Assembly: GCA_049510335.1 (NCBI GenBank)
Contig: JBEKZA010000005.1
Coordinates: 10,763-74,762 of the forward strand
Length of the DNA stretch: 64,000 nt
Direction: 5' to 3'
From: Sedimentisphaerales bacterium
Lineage (GTDB): Bacteria; Planctomycetota; Phycisphaerae; Sedimentisphaerales; Anaerobacaceae
The stretch's first letter is position 1. The number at the start of each line of letters is the position of its first letter. Position numbers and translations under genes: made by a program. Of this stretch, positions 39,387-49,699 are shown in pieces. Under the pieces are notes generated by a model, which saw nothing but the letters and a program-made list of their open reading frames with translations, was not told where the DNA came from and did not search any database.

Positions 39387-39653
39387 TGGGTTGGCAACTC
39401 CTGCCCTGCAACCACTACGAATATAAGCCCACGGAAAACAACAGATTATACCCTTATCGCTTGCCCAATAAAAATTAAAAGTGCGGGTTTAGAGCATTAG
39501 ACGTTCTTATAGTAATACGTTCGAGAGAACAAAGAGGTCAGCCGGAAAACAGAGGACAGAAGGCAAAAGTAAAAAGGCAGAAGATAAAAAGTTATTGGAG
39601 CCGACAATACAAAGAGCAGCGGGTAGAAATCCGCTAAACGCTGGAGAGTAGTA

Positions 39654-40910
39654 ATGGCTGAAATTACGACAACAGTAGTCGAGATGAATAATAAAGAAGG
39701 GCTGGGATGGCGTATCGGCTTAGTTGTGATTGCGCTTATGGCGATAGGAACGATATTCGTTTTTTCGGCGGGTGTCGATGTCGCCAGAGACATCAATCTG
39801 TCAAGATTTTACGAGTCCGCCAACCTGCGGAAGGTGCTGTTTTTCCCGTTGGCCGTTGTGGTAATGCTGGTCGCGTCGCGGATTGATTATCGGCGGTTCG
39901 GTTTCGACAAAGGGCCGTTGCGCTCGCCGATGACCTACCTGTTTATTGTCAGCGTGATTTTGTTAGTGATAGTGCTGATGCCGGGCATTGGAAGGGAGGT
40001 GAACAGGGCGAGGCGGTGGCTGTGGATTCCGCTTGGGCCTGCGACAATCAGCTTTCAGCCCTCGGAACTCGCCAAGTGGGTGATGGTTTTTTCGCTGGCG
40101 GGTTTTTGCGCGAAGTATGGCGACCGGCTGAAATCGTTTAAGCGGGGGTTCGGGCCGGTTTGTCTGGTAATCGGGCTGGTGGTCGGACTTGTAATCATCG
40201 AGGATTTCGGCTCGGCGGCGCTGATAGCGCTATTGAGTTTCTTCATACTATTGGTGGGCGGCGCGAACTGGCGCTATCTGGTGGCACCGCTGCCCGTCGC
40301 AGCAGTTGGGTTTGTGGCTGCCATACTCACTTCGCCCGCGCGAATGATGCGGATTCTGGCCTTTCTGCATCCCAACCAGTGGACGGCTGGAGCCAATTAT
40401 CAGGCGAGCCAGTCGCTCATCGCGATTGGGTCAGGGGGCATATTTGGCAAAGGGCTGGGCAGGGGAGTGTGCAAATATGGCCATCTCCCCGAGGACACGA
40501 CGGATTTTATTTTTGCGATTATCGGCGAAGAGATGGGCTTTGTGGGGACGGCGGTGGTGATAGCGCTATTCATAATATTCGTCTGGCTTGGTATTCTGGT
40601 GGTGATGCGGTGCAAAGAGCCGTTCGGCCGGCTTCTGGCGACGAGCATCGTGCTGGCGGTTGGCGTGCAGGCGGCGCTGAATATCGGCGTCGTGACGGTA
40701 GTTCTGCCGACCAAGGGTCTGCCCCTGCCCTTTGTCAGCGCGGGCGGAACAAGTATGCTTTTAAGCGCCGCGGCGATCGGGGTGCTGTTGAATATCGCGT
40801 CTCATGGTGAGCTTGCCTGCCCTCGAATGTCGTTGTCGGGGGTCGAACCCGCGCAATGCGCCGAAAATGTGGAGTATAGTCCTCCGGATGCAACGGGGAA
40901 TAACGCGTAA
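39654..40910 (+). CDS. ftsW: SEDS-family peptidoglycan glycosyltransferase (FtsW/RodA)
   Basis: 10-TM pattern. QPSELAK, SAALIALLSF, LPEDTTDFIFAIIGEEMGF, GLPLPFVSAGGTS. Confidence 0.85.
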   Translation: MAEITTTVVEMNNKEGLGWRIGLVVIALMAIGTIFVFSAGVDVARDINLSRFYESANLRKVLFFPLAVVVMLVASRIDYRRFGFDKGPLRSPMTYLFIVSVILLVIVLMPGIGREVNRARRWLWIPLGPATISFQPSELAKWVMVFSLAGFCAKYGDRLKSFKRGFGPVCLVIGLVVGLVIIEDFGSAALIALLSFFILLVGGANWRYLVAPLPVAAVGFVAAILTSPARMMRILAFLHPNQWTAGANYQASQSLIAIGSGGIFGKGLGRGVCKYGHLPEDTTDFIFAIIGEEMGFVGTAVVIALFIIFVWLGILVVMRCKEPFGRLLATSIVLAVGVQAALNIGVVTVVLPTKGLPLPFVSAGGTSMLLSAAAIGVLLNIASHGELACPRMSLSGVEPAQCAENVEYSPPDATGNNA

Positions 40911-42016
40911 TGGCGGCCAGAACCTTCTTTTTCGCGGGCGGCGGAACAGGCGGGCATATTTACCCCGCCGTGGCGGTTGCCGAGCAGATTCGCGCGATTT
41001 GCCCGGAGGCGGCGATTCATTTCTTCGTCAGCGGCCGCGACATCGACAAGCGCGTCCTGGCAAAGACCGGTTTTGAATGCACTGCGCTGCCGGCGGTCGG
41101 GTTTTCACTCAGACCAGTCGGGTTTCTCAGGTTTTGCAAATCGCTCCTGTCGAGTTATAAAATCGCGGCCGATGCAATCCGAAAAAGCGAACGCCCGCTG
41201 GTGATTGGCGTCGGCGGATACGTCGCGGCTCCGGTCTGTCTGGCGGCACATCGGCAAAAAATCCCACTTGTGCTGCTGAACGTGGACATTGTCCCGGGCA
41301 GGGCGAACAAACTGCTTGCTCGCTGGGCGGAACGAATTTTCGTCCAGTTTAAGGAAACAACCGATTATTTCAGCAGGCGCAGCCATAAAGTAAGCGTCGT
41401 GGGCTGTCCGCTGCGAAGCGGTTTCCAAAATCCCAATCCGCAAATGGCCAAAGATGCCCTTGGTCTTGATAAGACAAAAAAGATTTTACTCATAACGGGC
41501 GCATCGAGCGGGTCGCAGAACATAAACCGGACCGTCTGCTCGCTTTTGGATAAGCTCAGTCGCTATGCGGACGGCTGGCAGATAGTGCATCTGGCCGGCA
41601 GGGCCAACCTTGAACAGACAAAAGCCGGATACGCCAACGCCGCGATAACCCACAAGGTCCTCGATTACTGGGATGATATGGCGGACCTGCTGGCCGCGGC
41701 GGATGTGCTGATTGGCAGAAGCGGCGCCGTCAGCGTGGCGGAATACGCCGCGGCGGGCGTGCCGAGTATTTGTATGCCGTATCCTTATCACAGGGACATA
41801 CATCAGTATCTAAACGCCGGCAAATTAGTCGAGGTTGGAGCGGCGGTTGTCGTCGATGATGTGGGCGACGACAAAGACAGGCGAGAGTGGCTGTGGGAGG
41901 AGCTTGAGCCGATTCTTAAAGACGACAAACTTCGGCTGCAAATGAAAGACGCCTGCAAACTGGCAGCGAGAAAAGACGCGGCAAAAAAAATCGCCGAAGA
42001 GCTTCTGGCGGGTTGA
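40910..42016 (+). CDS. murG: UDP-GlcNAc:lipid I N-acetylglucosaminyltransferase MurG
   Basis: FFAGGGTGGHIYPAVAVAE, GGYVAAP, GRSGAVSVAEYAAAGVPSI. Start codon overlaps the ftsW stop (TAATG). Confidence 0.9.
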   Translation: MAARTFFFAGGGTGGHIYPAVAVAEQIRAICPEAAIHFFVSGRDIDKRVLAKTGFECTALPAVGFSLRPVGFLRFCKSLLSSYKIAADAIRKSERPLVIGVGGYVAAPVCLAAHRQKIPLVLLNVDIVPGRANKLLARWAERIFVQFKETTDYFSRRSHKVSVVGCPLRSGFQNPNPQMAKDALGLDKTKKILLITGASSGSQNINRTVCSLLDKLSRYADGWQIVHLAGRANLEQTKAGYANAAITHKVLDYWDDMADLLAAADVLIGRSGAVSVAEYAAAGVPSICMPYPYHRDIHQYLNAGKLVEVGAAVVVDDVGDDKDRREWLWEELEPILKDDKLRLQMKDACKLAARKDAAKKIAEELLAG

Positions 42017-42075
42017 GGAAGTTTGATTTGACGGTAGGCCTGGTCTGCGGTATCCTCCCGGTTCGACGACTACAA

Positions 42076-43029
42076 ATGGCACTAATATCAGAAACAACGA
42101 AACGATACATCGTCTTAATTGTAATGTTGGCCGGTATGCCTATGGCTAAATCGCACGCTCAGGAAAAACCTCTGCTCCAGAATAATCTCAAAGGCGTCCA
42201 GCATCTCGGAATCCCCGTCACCGATATCAACAACGCGAAACGCTGGTACGCGGAGAAACTCGGTTTCCGCGTTGTCCACGAGCCGAACGTCGTCACCGCA
42301 GACGGCGTCATCCAGGTCGCCTTTCTGAAGAAGGCCGATATCACTATCGAGCTTTATCAGTTGCTCGGCAAAGACCTCGACGAAGTCAAAACCCGCGGCC
42401 ACGGCCACATCGACCATTTCGCAATTGATGTCACCGACGTTAATAAGGCGCTCAAGGACACTCTCAAAGCCGGCGCCAAACTCGATTCCTCAACGCCCGA
42501 CGGGCCGAAATACATCCCAACCTTCTTCTCAAAAGGCGTAAAATACGTGGTTCTGCAAGGCCCCACGGCCGAGAAGGTCGAACTCAACCAGCGGCTCGAC
42601 CGGGAAATATTACCCTCTGATGACACCCTGACCGGCTGGTCGCACCTCGGCATTCCCGTCGTCGATATCAACGAATCCAAAAATTTCTATCGCAGGTTCG
42701 GTTTCGCTGATGTTATGTCCGCCGAGATTCCCCAGCCCGCAGGTGCCATCAAATGTTCTATGATGCAAAAAAATGGCTTCACTATTGAGCTTTACCAGTT
42801 ATATGGCGATGCCCTCGCCGAGGTTTCAAAAAGAAAAGATGGCCATATCGACCACATCGCTTTCGACGTTGCCGACGTTAACGCCGCCTGCGCTGAGCTT
42901 AAAAAAGCCGGTTTTGCGACCCTCGAAGACGCCCCTGTATTCCTCAATTTCTGGGACAAAGGCATGAAATACTTCAACATTCGAGGCCCCAGCGGCGAAA
43001 AACTCGAATTTAGCCAAATACTTAACTAA
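42076..43029 (+). CDS. Secreted tandem VOC (glyoxalase/bleomycin-resistance/dioxygenase fold) protein
   Basis: Signal peptide, then two repeats of the HLGIPV.DI...FY..LGF ... HIDH.A.DV.D pattern. Confidence 0.7.
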   Translation: MALISETTKRYIVLIVMLAGMPMAKSHAQEKPLLQNNLKGVQHLGIPVTDINNAKRWYAEKLGFRVVHEPNVVTADGVIQVAFLKKADITIELYQLLGKDLDEVKTRGHGHIDHFAIDVTDVNKALKDTLKAGAKLDSSTPDGPKYIPTFFSKGVKYVVLQGPTAEKVELNQRLDREILPSDDTLTGWSHLGIPVVDINESKNFYRRFGFADVMSAEIPQPAGAIKCSMMQKNGFTIELYQLYGDALAEVSKRKDGHIDHIAFDVADVNAACAELKKAGFATLEDAPVFLNFWDKGMKYFNIRGPSGEKLEFSQILN

Positions 43030-43255
43030 CCACATCGTCTCTTTGGCCATAACTCCCGCCACGACAAGCACTTACGTTTGCCGGCTCACCCTTAAAACTG
43101 GTTTCATTACCATTTGGTTCTTGAAAAAATTAATTATTTATGGTAATTTTAAGGTGTCACAGGTAACGGGCAAAAACGTAGGAGTAAATGGGCAGGCACA
43201 CTCGTTACGCCGCTGTTTCATACTGGGGAGCGGTATGATTTTGGAGATTAGAGCG

Positions 43256-45484
43256 ATGAAATCAAAAATGGAGTTGATGTTCTGCACCGGACGTTGTGCC
43301 AGCGTCATCCGAAACGGGTATGTCGCGGCTGTTGTGGTATGCCTGCTGTTTTGTTCAATCTCGCCGGTTAACGCCTCCACCCCGTGGCTGCACGTGGACG
43401 GCAATCAAATCGAAGACCCCAACGGCAATGTTGTTGTACTCAGGGGCGTTGATATGATTGACCTGGGTGTCACTCAGGCCCAGCGAGGCGGCGTGGTCCA
43501 AGTGATTAGCCGGCTGACAAACAAAAGCGATCCTAACGGTAGTTCCCCCGGCTGGTACCCCAAGGTCATCCGGCTTCCCATTGTGCCGGCTGATGCCGCC
43601 GGTGCGAGCGGTTATCCAAATCATTTCAACCCCAGTGACCCCAATACTTACTATAACAATATTCTCAGGCCGGCCGTTAATGCCTGTGCTGCGAATGACG
43701 TTTATGCAATCATTGACTGGCACTATGTCGCGAAAACCTACGAACACCGCACCACAACAACCCAGTTTTGGCAGTATATGGCGCCGAAGTTTGCCAATGA
43801 TTCCCACGTTATCTTTGAGCTTTTCAACGAGCCGAATAATGACGTTGGTTCAGATGACGACGACTGGTGCAGCGTCAGGACTGATATGCAAACCTGGGTC
43901 GACCTTGTGCGGTCCTATGCGCCTAATAATCTTATTCTTGTCGCCGGGGCCAGCTACTCTCAGAATATTGGGCCAGCGGCCAACTATCCTCTCCTCGGAG
44001 ATAACATCGCCATTGTTTCCCATATTTATCCGGGTCATTGGCTGTCCGGCAGTTCCTGGTATGTAGATAATATTAACCAATGTCTTACTGTCTATCCCGT
44101 CTTTATGAGCGAATGGGGATTCCGTCAGGGCGCAAGTTATACGCTGCTTCGGGGGACAATTACCAATTACGGTCAGCCGCTAATGGATTTTCGCGAAGGA
44201 CTTAAAATCAGCGGCAGTGCCTGGTGTACCGACTATTCCTGGGAACCAGCGATGTTTTATTCTACTCCTCTCTGGGGACTTCGTGTTGGCCCGAATGAAA
44301 TGGGCGGTTTTACAAAAGACAAGCTTTATGAAAAGAGAAACGACGACCAGCCCGGCGGGCCCGGCCAGGGTCCTTACGGCCAAATCGCCTGGTCTATACC
44401 AGGAACCATTCAGGCGGAAAATTATGACGTCGGTGGCGAAGGCGTCGCGTATCACGACACCACCACCGGCAACAGCGGCGGTGCCTACCGTTCGGACGAC
44501 GTGGATATAGAGACGTGTAGCGAAGGTGGTTACGACGTCACCGGAATTCAGACAGGCGAGTGGCTGGAATATACGACCAACATTAAAACATATGGTCTCT
44601 ATGACCTCGAGGTGCGGACTGCGGCGGTCGGTTCAGGCGGCAGCTTCCACATTGAGTTCGACGGCACCGATGTCACGGGGCCGGTAAGCGTTCCTGCCAC
44701 GGGCGGCGGACAGACCTATACGACCATACAGGTCAACGATGTTGTCCTCGACGCCGGTTATCATGTAATGCGGCTCTCGATGGATTCCGCCGACTGGAAT
44801 GTGAACTGGATTAAGTTCACCAAGGTCGGTGGCGGCGGAACCGGCAGAATCACTCGTGAATGGTGGACCGGAATATCGGGAACCTCAGTCAGCAATTTGA
44901 CTTCTAATGTGAATTACCCTAACAAACCGAGCGGAAGAGGACTGCTTTCCACACTTGAAGCGCCGATGAACTGGGCGGACAACTACGGCACGCTTATTAG
45001 CGGCTATCTGTATCCGATAACCGACGGCGAGTATACATTCTGGATTGCCAGCAACGCCAGTAGCCAGCTTTGGGTGAGCACGGACGACAATCCTGATAAT
45101 GCCTCTGTGGTTGCATATGTGCCCGACTCTAATAGCGCCGCACGTCAGTGGGACAAGTACGACTCACAGGAGTCAGGACCTGTTTGGATGGCTGCCGGTG
45201 AGAGGTATTACATAAAAGTGCTCCACAAGGCAGGCACCGGCGACGATCACGTCGCCGTGGCCTGGCAGGGACCATATCTGAACCAGCAGATAATCGATGG
45301 CACATATATGTCGCCGATCAATACCACCTTTACGGATTTTGCTGCTTTTGCCTCACAGTGGCACCAGGCCAATTGCGGTTCGGCAAACAACGGGTGCAAT
45401 GGCTTCGATTTTGATAACGATGGCTCCGTGATGCTCGATGACCTCGCGGCATTTGTTGAAACCTGGCTCATCGGCAGTGGATAG
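43256..45484 (+). CDS. Secreted GH5 glycoside hydrolase with CBM6-like, PA14-like and dockerin-type modules
   Basis: VIFELFNEPN (acid/base) and VFMSEWG (nucleophile). CBM6-like IQAENYDVGGEGVAYHDTT. PA14-like REWWTGISGTSVS...YYIKVLHKAGTGDDHVAVAW. C-terminal FDFDNDGSVMLDDLAAFVETW. The start is uncertain (43235 or 43256). Confidence 0.85.
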   Translation: MKSKMELMFCTGRCASVIRNGYVAAVVVCLLFCSISPVNASTPWLHVDGNQIEDPNGNVVVLRGVDMIDLGVTQAQRGGVVQVISRLTNKSDPNGSSPGWYPKVIRLPIVPADAAGASGYPNHFNPSDPNTYYNNILRPAVNACAANDVYAIIDWHYVAKTYEHRTTTTQFWQYMAPKFANDSHVIFELFNEPNNDVGSDDDDWCSVRTDMQTWVDLVRSYAPNNLILVAGASYSQNIGPAANYPLLGDNIAIVSHIYPGHWLSGSSWYVDNINQCLTVYPVFMSEWGFRQGASYTLLRGTITNYGQPLMDFREGLKISGSAWCTDYSWEPAMFYSTPLWGLRVGPNEMGGFTKDKLYEKRNDDQPGGPGQGPYGQIAWSIPGTIQAENYDVGGEGVAYHDTTTGNSGGAYRSDDVDIETCSEGGYDVTGIQTGEWLEYTTNIKTYGLYDLEVRTAAVGSGGSFHIEFDGTDVTGPVSVPATGGGQTYTTIQVNDVVLDAGYHVMRLSMDSADWNVNWIKFTKVGGGGTGRITREWWTGISGTSVSNLTSNVNYPNKPSGRGLLSTLEAPMNWADNYGTLISGYLYPITDGEYTFWIASNASSQLWVSTDDNPDNASVVAYVPDSNSAARQWDKYDSQESGPVWMAAGERYYIKVLHKAGTGDDHVAVAWQGPYLNQQIIDGTYMSPINTTFTDFAAFASQWHQANCGSANNGCNGFDFDNDGSVMLDDLAAFVETWLIGSG

Positions 45485-45601
45485 CATGCCGGCCTTGTTG
45501 TAATCCGACTGGCAGAGAAACACTTGCGTTTGCCCTCGCTGCCGTGAGGCAATCCCCTTTTTTAGCCGGCCGGCTGCGGTATGCCTGCCCGTATTTTTGC
45601 G

Positions 45602-45629
45602 TTGACAATGAAAAGACGGCAAGTAAACT
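45602..45629 (+). promoter_or_regulatory. Putative sigma70-type promoter for the 45674 gene
   Basis: TTGACA, a 16 nt spacer, then TAAACT, about 45 nt upstream of the ATG. Confidence 0.35.
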
Positions 45630-45673
45630 AACATGTTCCAGACGAAATCATTTCAAAGTGAAAGGGCACAGAA

Positions 45674-46075
45674 ATGGGTGTAAAGCGAGTCACCGTGCAC
45701 TGTGTCGACATCGAGGATAAACCGGGTAGTCTGCACAGGTTCTTGTCGCAGAGCAATTTGTCGGGCGTGGATTATCTGTGTTTTGAAGCATTTTCGTGCG
45801 GCAGCAACCGCAGTCGTGTTGTGGTAGGCGTCAAAAACCCCGAAGCTTTTGAGGCCTTTGTGCAGGAGGCCGGGATAAAGGCAACTGTGGCGGCAGGGTT
45901 TCTTGTGGACGGCGAGGACCGTTTGGGTGAAGCGGCGAAGATAATAGCTAAACTTGCCGAAAATGATATTGGCGGCATTGCCTGCGCTGCAATAGCCCAC
46001 GGTGGTCAGTTCCACATGCTGATAGTCGTTGACGCCAAAAACGCCGACCGGACGCACAAAGCGCTTTGCGATTAG
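45674..46075 (+). CDS. Small protein with two ACT-like halves
   Basis: Two repeated beta-alpha-beta-beta-alpha-beta-like halves (VTVHCVDIEDKPGSLHRFL... and FLVDGEDRLGEAAKIIAKLAE...). Preferred over the longer antisense ORF 45653..46306 on the basis of codon composition and the promoter. Confidence 0.5.
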   Translation: MGVKRVTVHCVDIEDKPGSLHRFLSQSNLSGVDYLCFEAFSCGSNRSRVVVGVKNPEAFEAFVQEAGIKATVAAGFLVDGEDRLGEAAKIIAKLAENDIGGIACAAIAHGGQFHMLIVVDAKNADRTHKALCD

Positions 46076-46281
46076 CGAGTGGCTGGTGTGTAGGAGTGGT
46101 AATGTGTGGCTCGCGACGAATGGATGGGGGGGAGTATAGATGCGCAGCCGGCGATGCCGGGCCGCGGCGATTAAAGTAAAACATTGGAACAAACAAAATT
46201 TGGATTTTTTAATGTGTAGCTGGTAATATAAATCTGCCGGCGATAGATAAATTATTTCATAACGTTTTGGAGGTAGCAGAT

Positions 46282-47325
46282 ATGTTGCTTTGGATTTTGA
46301 GGGCATTTTTTATCATTATAATTGTTGCGGTTCTGCTTGTAAATCTTACCGTACCGGAGGTTTCAGCCACGAAGGGCCGGGCCGATTTCTACACCATACT
46401 CTGGAGCGGCTTAATACTGGTAGTGGCGACGATGTTCGTCGATGTCGTCACGCCGAAGAAATCCCTGGCGGCCCTGGCCGGAGTATTTTTCGGACTCCTC
46501 GTCGGAATAGTGGTAAGCTGGGCTTTGGCCCAGGTGATCGAGATGATTATCAGTATTTATCGTATAGGAGTCAGCGCAACAGCAGAAAATGCGCTTCAGT
46601 GGATGGTCGGAATTTGCGTCTGCTTTCTCATAATCAGCATTGTTATTCGCACCAAGGATGATGTCCGGTTCGTCATACCTTATGTTGAGTTTACCAAGCA
46701 AACCAAAGGCGCAAGGCCTTTTGTGCTGGATACCTCGGCGATTATCGACGGGCGCATCGCGGATTTATACAAGAGTAAATTGTTCGACGCCCCGCTTATA
46801 GTGCCTCGTTTCGTCCTCAACGAGATGCAGTTGATTGCCGATTCGGCGGACAAGCTCAAACGCAACCGCGGCAGACGCGGCCTTGACATACTCAAGGAAA
46901 TGCAGATGGACACCGCGATTGATATAACGGTTGATGATGCCGTTGTGCCGGACGAGGAAGGAATAAAGGGAGTTGACCAGAAGCTGATTGTCTTCACCAA
47001 GAACTGCGGCGGCCGCCTTGTGACAACGGATTACAATCTCAGCAAGGTCGCTGCCGTTCGGGACGTGGATGTCCTCAATATCAACGACTTGGCCAACTCG
47101 CTTAAGACCATTGCGCTGCCGGGCGAGAACATGAAGGTTCGCATCATAAAGCCGGGCGAAGAGGCGCAGCAGGGCGTAGGATATCTCGACGACGGGACGA
47201 TGGTGGTTGTCGAGGAAGCCCGCAACAAAATAGGCAAAGAAATCGTTATCGCGGTGACAAGCTCGCTGCAGACCTCGGCCGGCAAAATGATTTTCGGCAA
47301 ATTCGAAAACTTCCCCGGACAATAA
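46282..47325 (+). CDS. PIN/TRAM-domain membrane-anchored protein (YacL-like)
   Basis: GGAGG RBS. Three or four N-terminal TM helices, a PIN domain (PFVLDTSAIIDGRI, TTDYNL) and a TRAM-like C-terminus (QGVGYLDDGTMVVVEE). Confidence 0.8.
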   Translation: MLLWILRAFFIIIIVAVLLVNLTVPEVSATKGRADFYTILWSGLILVVATMFVDVVTPKKSLAALAGVFFGLLVGIVVSWALAQVIEMIISIYRIGVSATAENALQWMVGICVCFLIISIVIRTKDDVRFVIPYVEFTKQTKGARPFVLDTSAIIDGRIADLYKSKLFDAPLIVPRFVLNEMQLIADSADKLKRNRGRRGLDILKEMQMDTAIDITVDDAVVPDEEGIKGVDQKLIVFTKNCGGRLVTTDYNLSKVAAVRDVDVLNINDLANSLKTIALPGENMKVRIIKPGEEAQQGVGYLDDGTMVVVEEARNKIGKEIVIAVTSSLQTSAGKMIFGKFENFPGQ

Positions 47326-47353
47326 CCGCCGGAAGGATACAACTTGTATTTAG

Positions 47354-47397
47354 CCCCGCCATCTTCGCCGAAGGCGAGTGGCGGGGTTTATCTTTTA
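47354..47397 (+). terminator. Rho-independent terminator after the PIN/TRAM gene
   Basis: CCCCGCCA ... TGGCGGGG stem followed by TTTATCTTTT. Confidence 0.55.
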
Positions 47398-47400
47398 CTA

Positions 47401-48474
47401 TCACAGATTCTTTAGTAGTTTCATCAACGTCGGCACAATTTGGTTTTCCGCGACTACTGCTGTTTTCTTTCCTTTTTTGTAAATGAACGCCTTGTTTTTC
47501 GCCGCACATACTGCCAAATCCGCGTCTGCCGCCTCCCCCGGCCCGTTGACAATACAGCCCATCACGGCGATTCGAACGTTCTTTCGTGAAATCTGTGTAA
47601 TCTGTGGTTCGACTGCCTTTTTGACCTTGCGGGCAAGCATCGCTATATCAATTTCCGTTCGCGCACAGGTCGGGCAAACTATCAGTTGAAGTTTTGGCGC
47701 CTCATAAAGTCCGAGCGCGACGAGGATTTGTTTGGCCATTTTCGTTTCGACGACGGGGTCGCCTGCGGTGCTTACGCGTATCGTGTCGCCGATACCCTCC
47801 GCCAGCAGTGTGCCCAGCGTTACGGCCGATGGGACGCAGGCGTCTTCCGGCAAACCAGCATGGGTCAGGCCGAGATGAATGGGATAATCGAATGTATCGG
47901 CGATGCGCCTGTTGATTTCAATGGTCCGGCACGTGTCGCTGCTTTTGGCGCTTAGAACAATTTGCGAAAAGCCCCGTTTTTCGAAAAGCCGAACGTAACT
48001 TTTCATTTCTTTGAGCATAAGCGCAACTCGTTTGCCGGAGACAACGTCGGGTTTGCGGAGGTCTCTTATGCTGGCTTCGTTGACGCCGATGCGGATTGCT
48101 GCCTTGTGCGTCTTTGCCGCGTCAATGATTCGCAGAATATCGTTTCGATTCTTTATGTTCCCGGGATTGAGACGGATTTTTGCGGCTCCCGCCTCGATGG
48201 CTTCAATCGCCCGTTCCGCGCTGAAGTGAATATCCGCTATGAGAGGAACTTTGACCTTTTGCGTGATTTTTGCGAAGGCGACCGTGTCCGCTTTGGTCGG
48301 CACGGCTATGCGAACCAGTTTGCACCCGGCGCTTGCCAGTCGGTTTATCTGTCGGACACAGCGGTCAACGTCTGTAGTGAGGACTTTTGTCATCGACTGG
48401 ATGACTATTGGGGCCGATGAGCCGATTTTGACGCCCGCGACGCTGACAATAATGGTTTTTCTTCGTTTGAGCAT
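47401..48474 (-). CDS. ispG: 4-hydroxy-3-methylbut-2-en-1-yl diphosphate synthase
   Basis: IQSMT, RIAVP, IRLNPGN, CPTCARTEID, AVMGCIVNGPGEA. Confidence 0.93.
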   Translation of the reverse strand: MLKRRKTIIVSVAGVKIGSSAPIVIQSMTKVLTTDVDRCVRQINRLASAGCKLVRIAVPTKADTVAFAKITQKVKVPLIADIHFSAERAIEAIEAGAAKIRLNPGNIKNRNDILRIIDAAKTHKAAIRIGVNEASIRDLRKPDVVSGKRVALMLKEMKSYVRLFEKRGFSQIVLSAKSSDTCRTIEINRRIADTFDYPIHLGLTHAGLPEDACVPSAVTLGTLLAEGIGDTIRVSTAGDPVVETKMAKQILVALGLYEAPKLQLIVCPTCARTEIDIAMLARKVKKAVEPQITQISRKNVRIAVMGCIVNGPGEAADADLAVCAAKNKAFIYKKGKKTAVVAENQIVPTLMKLLKNL

Positions 48475-48523
48475 AGGCGGATTGTAGCTTGTCTGAATTG
48501 CCCAGGCAAATTAAAATACGTCT

Positions 48524-49378
48524 ATGGGTTCAACGGTTATAACTATTGTCTGTATGCTTTTTGTGGCCTACTGGGGGGTCGGCCTCGTACTGTATTTTAT
48601 GCAGCCCAAGTTTGTATATGACCCCGTTCGTAATATCCCCTATACGCCGGCCGAGCTCGGACTTGATTACGAAGAGGTCTTTTTCAGGACCGGCGACCGC
48701 CTCCGACTGCACGGCTGGTTCGTCCCCGCCCAAAACGCCGAGTTTACGGTGCTTTATTGTCACGGCAACGGCGGCAACATGATGTATTTTCTGGATACAG
48801 TCAACCTCCTCAACGGCCTAGGGGTAAATTGCTTCGTTTTCGATTACCGCGGATACGGCAGCAGCCAGGGTATCCCCTCCGAAAACGGGACGTATCTCGA
48901 CGTGCGGGCGGCATACAGGTGGCTCACAAAGAACAAGGGCGCCGACCCGCAGCGGATTATTATTTTCGGCTGGTCGCTCGGGGGCAGCGTCGCCGCGTAT
49001 TTGGCGGGCAAAACAAAGGCGGCTGCCCTGATTATCGAGGGGGCCTTTACTTCGTATACCGATATAGGCAGCAAATACTACCCCTATATGCCCGTGCGGT
49101 GGTTCGCGAGGTTCAAGTATCCGACAATCGACTACATGCGCAAGGTCAAATGCCCCGTGATGGTGATACACAGCAGGGACGACGAGACGGTGCCGTTTGA
49201 GTTCGGCCTCGAGCTTTATAATGCCGCCAATGAGCCGAAGGAATTTGTCGAGCTGCGCGGTGGCCATAACGACGCGTTTTTGGTTTCCGGCGAAACGTAT
49301 AAAAAGGCCTGGACCAAATGGCTGGATTTCCTGAAAAAATCAATGCCGGACGAGAGTGTTCGGCAAAAATCGGTTTGA
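48524..49378 (+). CDS. Alpha/beta-hydrolase-fold protein (membrane-anchored)
   Basis: N-terminal TM segment. HGNGGN oxyanion region, GWSLGGSVA nucleophile elbow, later D and H (GGHND). Confidence 0.8.
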   Translation: MGSTVITIVCMLFVAYWGVGLVLYFMQPKFVYDPVRNIPYTPAELGLDYEEVFFRTGDRLRLHGWFVPAQNAEFTVLYCHGNGGNMMYFLDTVNLLNGLGVNCFVFDYRGYGSSQGIPSENGTYLDVRAAYRWLTKNKGADPQRIIIFGWSLGGSVAAYLAGKTKAAALIIEGAFTSYTDIGSKYYPYMPVRWFARFKYPTIDYMRKVKCPVMVIHSRDDETVPFEFGLELYNAANEPKEFVELRGGHNDAFLVSGETYKKAWTKWLDFLKKSMPDESVRQKSV

Positions 49379-49387
49379 GATGTTTAG

Positions 49388-49424
49388 CCCCCCGATTTAT
49401 CGGGGGGTATCCGCCGAAGGCGGA
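49388..49424 (+). terminator. Two tandem GC-rich hairpins after the hydrolase gene
   Basis: CCCCCCGA-TTTA-TCGGGGGG and TCCGCC-GAA-GGCGGA. No strong U-run, so terminator function is uncertain. Confidence 0.35.
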
Positions 49425-49442
49425 TTAGAATTAGGAGCGATT

Positions 49443-49652
49443 ATGAAAAAGAACACGTTGCATAAGATTTTGAACCCGATTTTGTTTGTGCTGTTTGTCA
49501 ATCAGGCGGTGACGGTGTTGTTTCTCGATGAGCTGCCTCGCCAGGCGTTCCAGATTTTTCACAAAGGCGGCGGAGCGGTATTGCTCGCCCTTATCGCAGT
49601 CCACTTTATCCTGAACTTCAACTGGGTCAAGGCAAATTACTTTGCAAAATAG
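49443..49652 (+). CDS. Small two-TM membrane protein, function unknown
   Basis: TAGGAG RBS before ATG 49443. Two hydrophobic helices. Confidence 0.5.
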   Translation: MKKNTLHKILNPILFVLFVNQAVTVLFLDELPRQAFQIFHKGGGAVLLALIAVHFILNFNWVKANYFAK

Positions 49653-49699
49653 AGCAAAGATAACTCACTGCGGTTAAAAACTGTTTGTTGGAGTCAGGT

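Noticed and set aside
39497-39796. 99 aa minus-strand ORF in the region upstream of, and overlapping, ftsW
   Set aside because: The translation is low-complexity and derives from the complement of a purine-rich leader. It overlaps the ftsW start and has no RBS.
45653-46306. 217 aa minus-strand ORF overlapping the ACT-like gene and the PIN/TRAM gene start
   Set aside because: The translation is low-complexity and Arg/His/Cys-rich with no motif, and it spans an intergenic region. The plus-strand genes have RBS or promoter support. It is treated as a shadow ORF.
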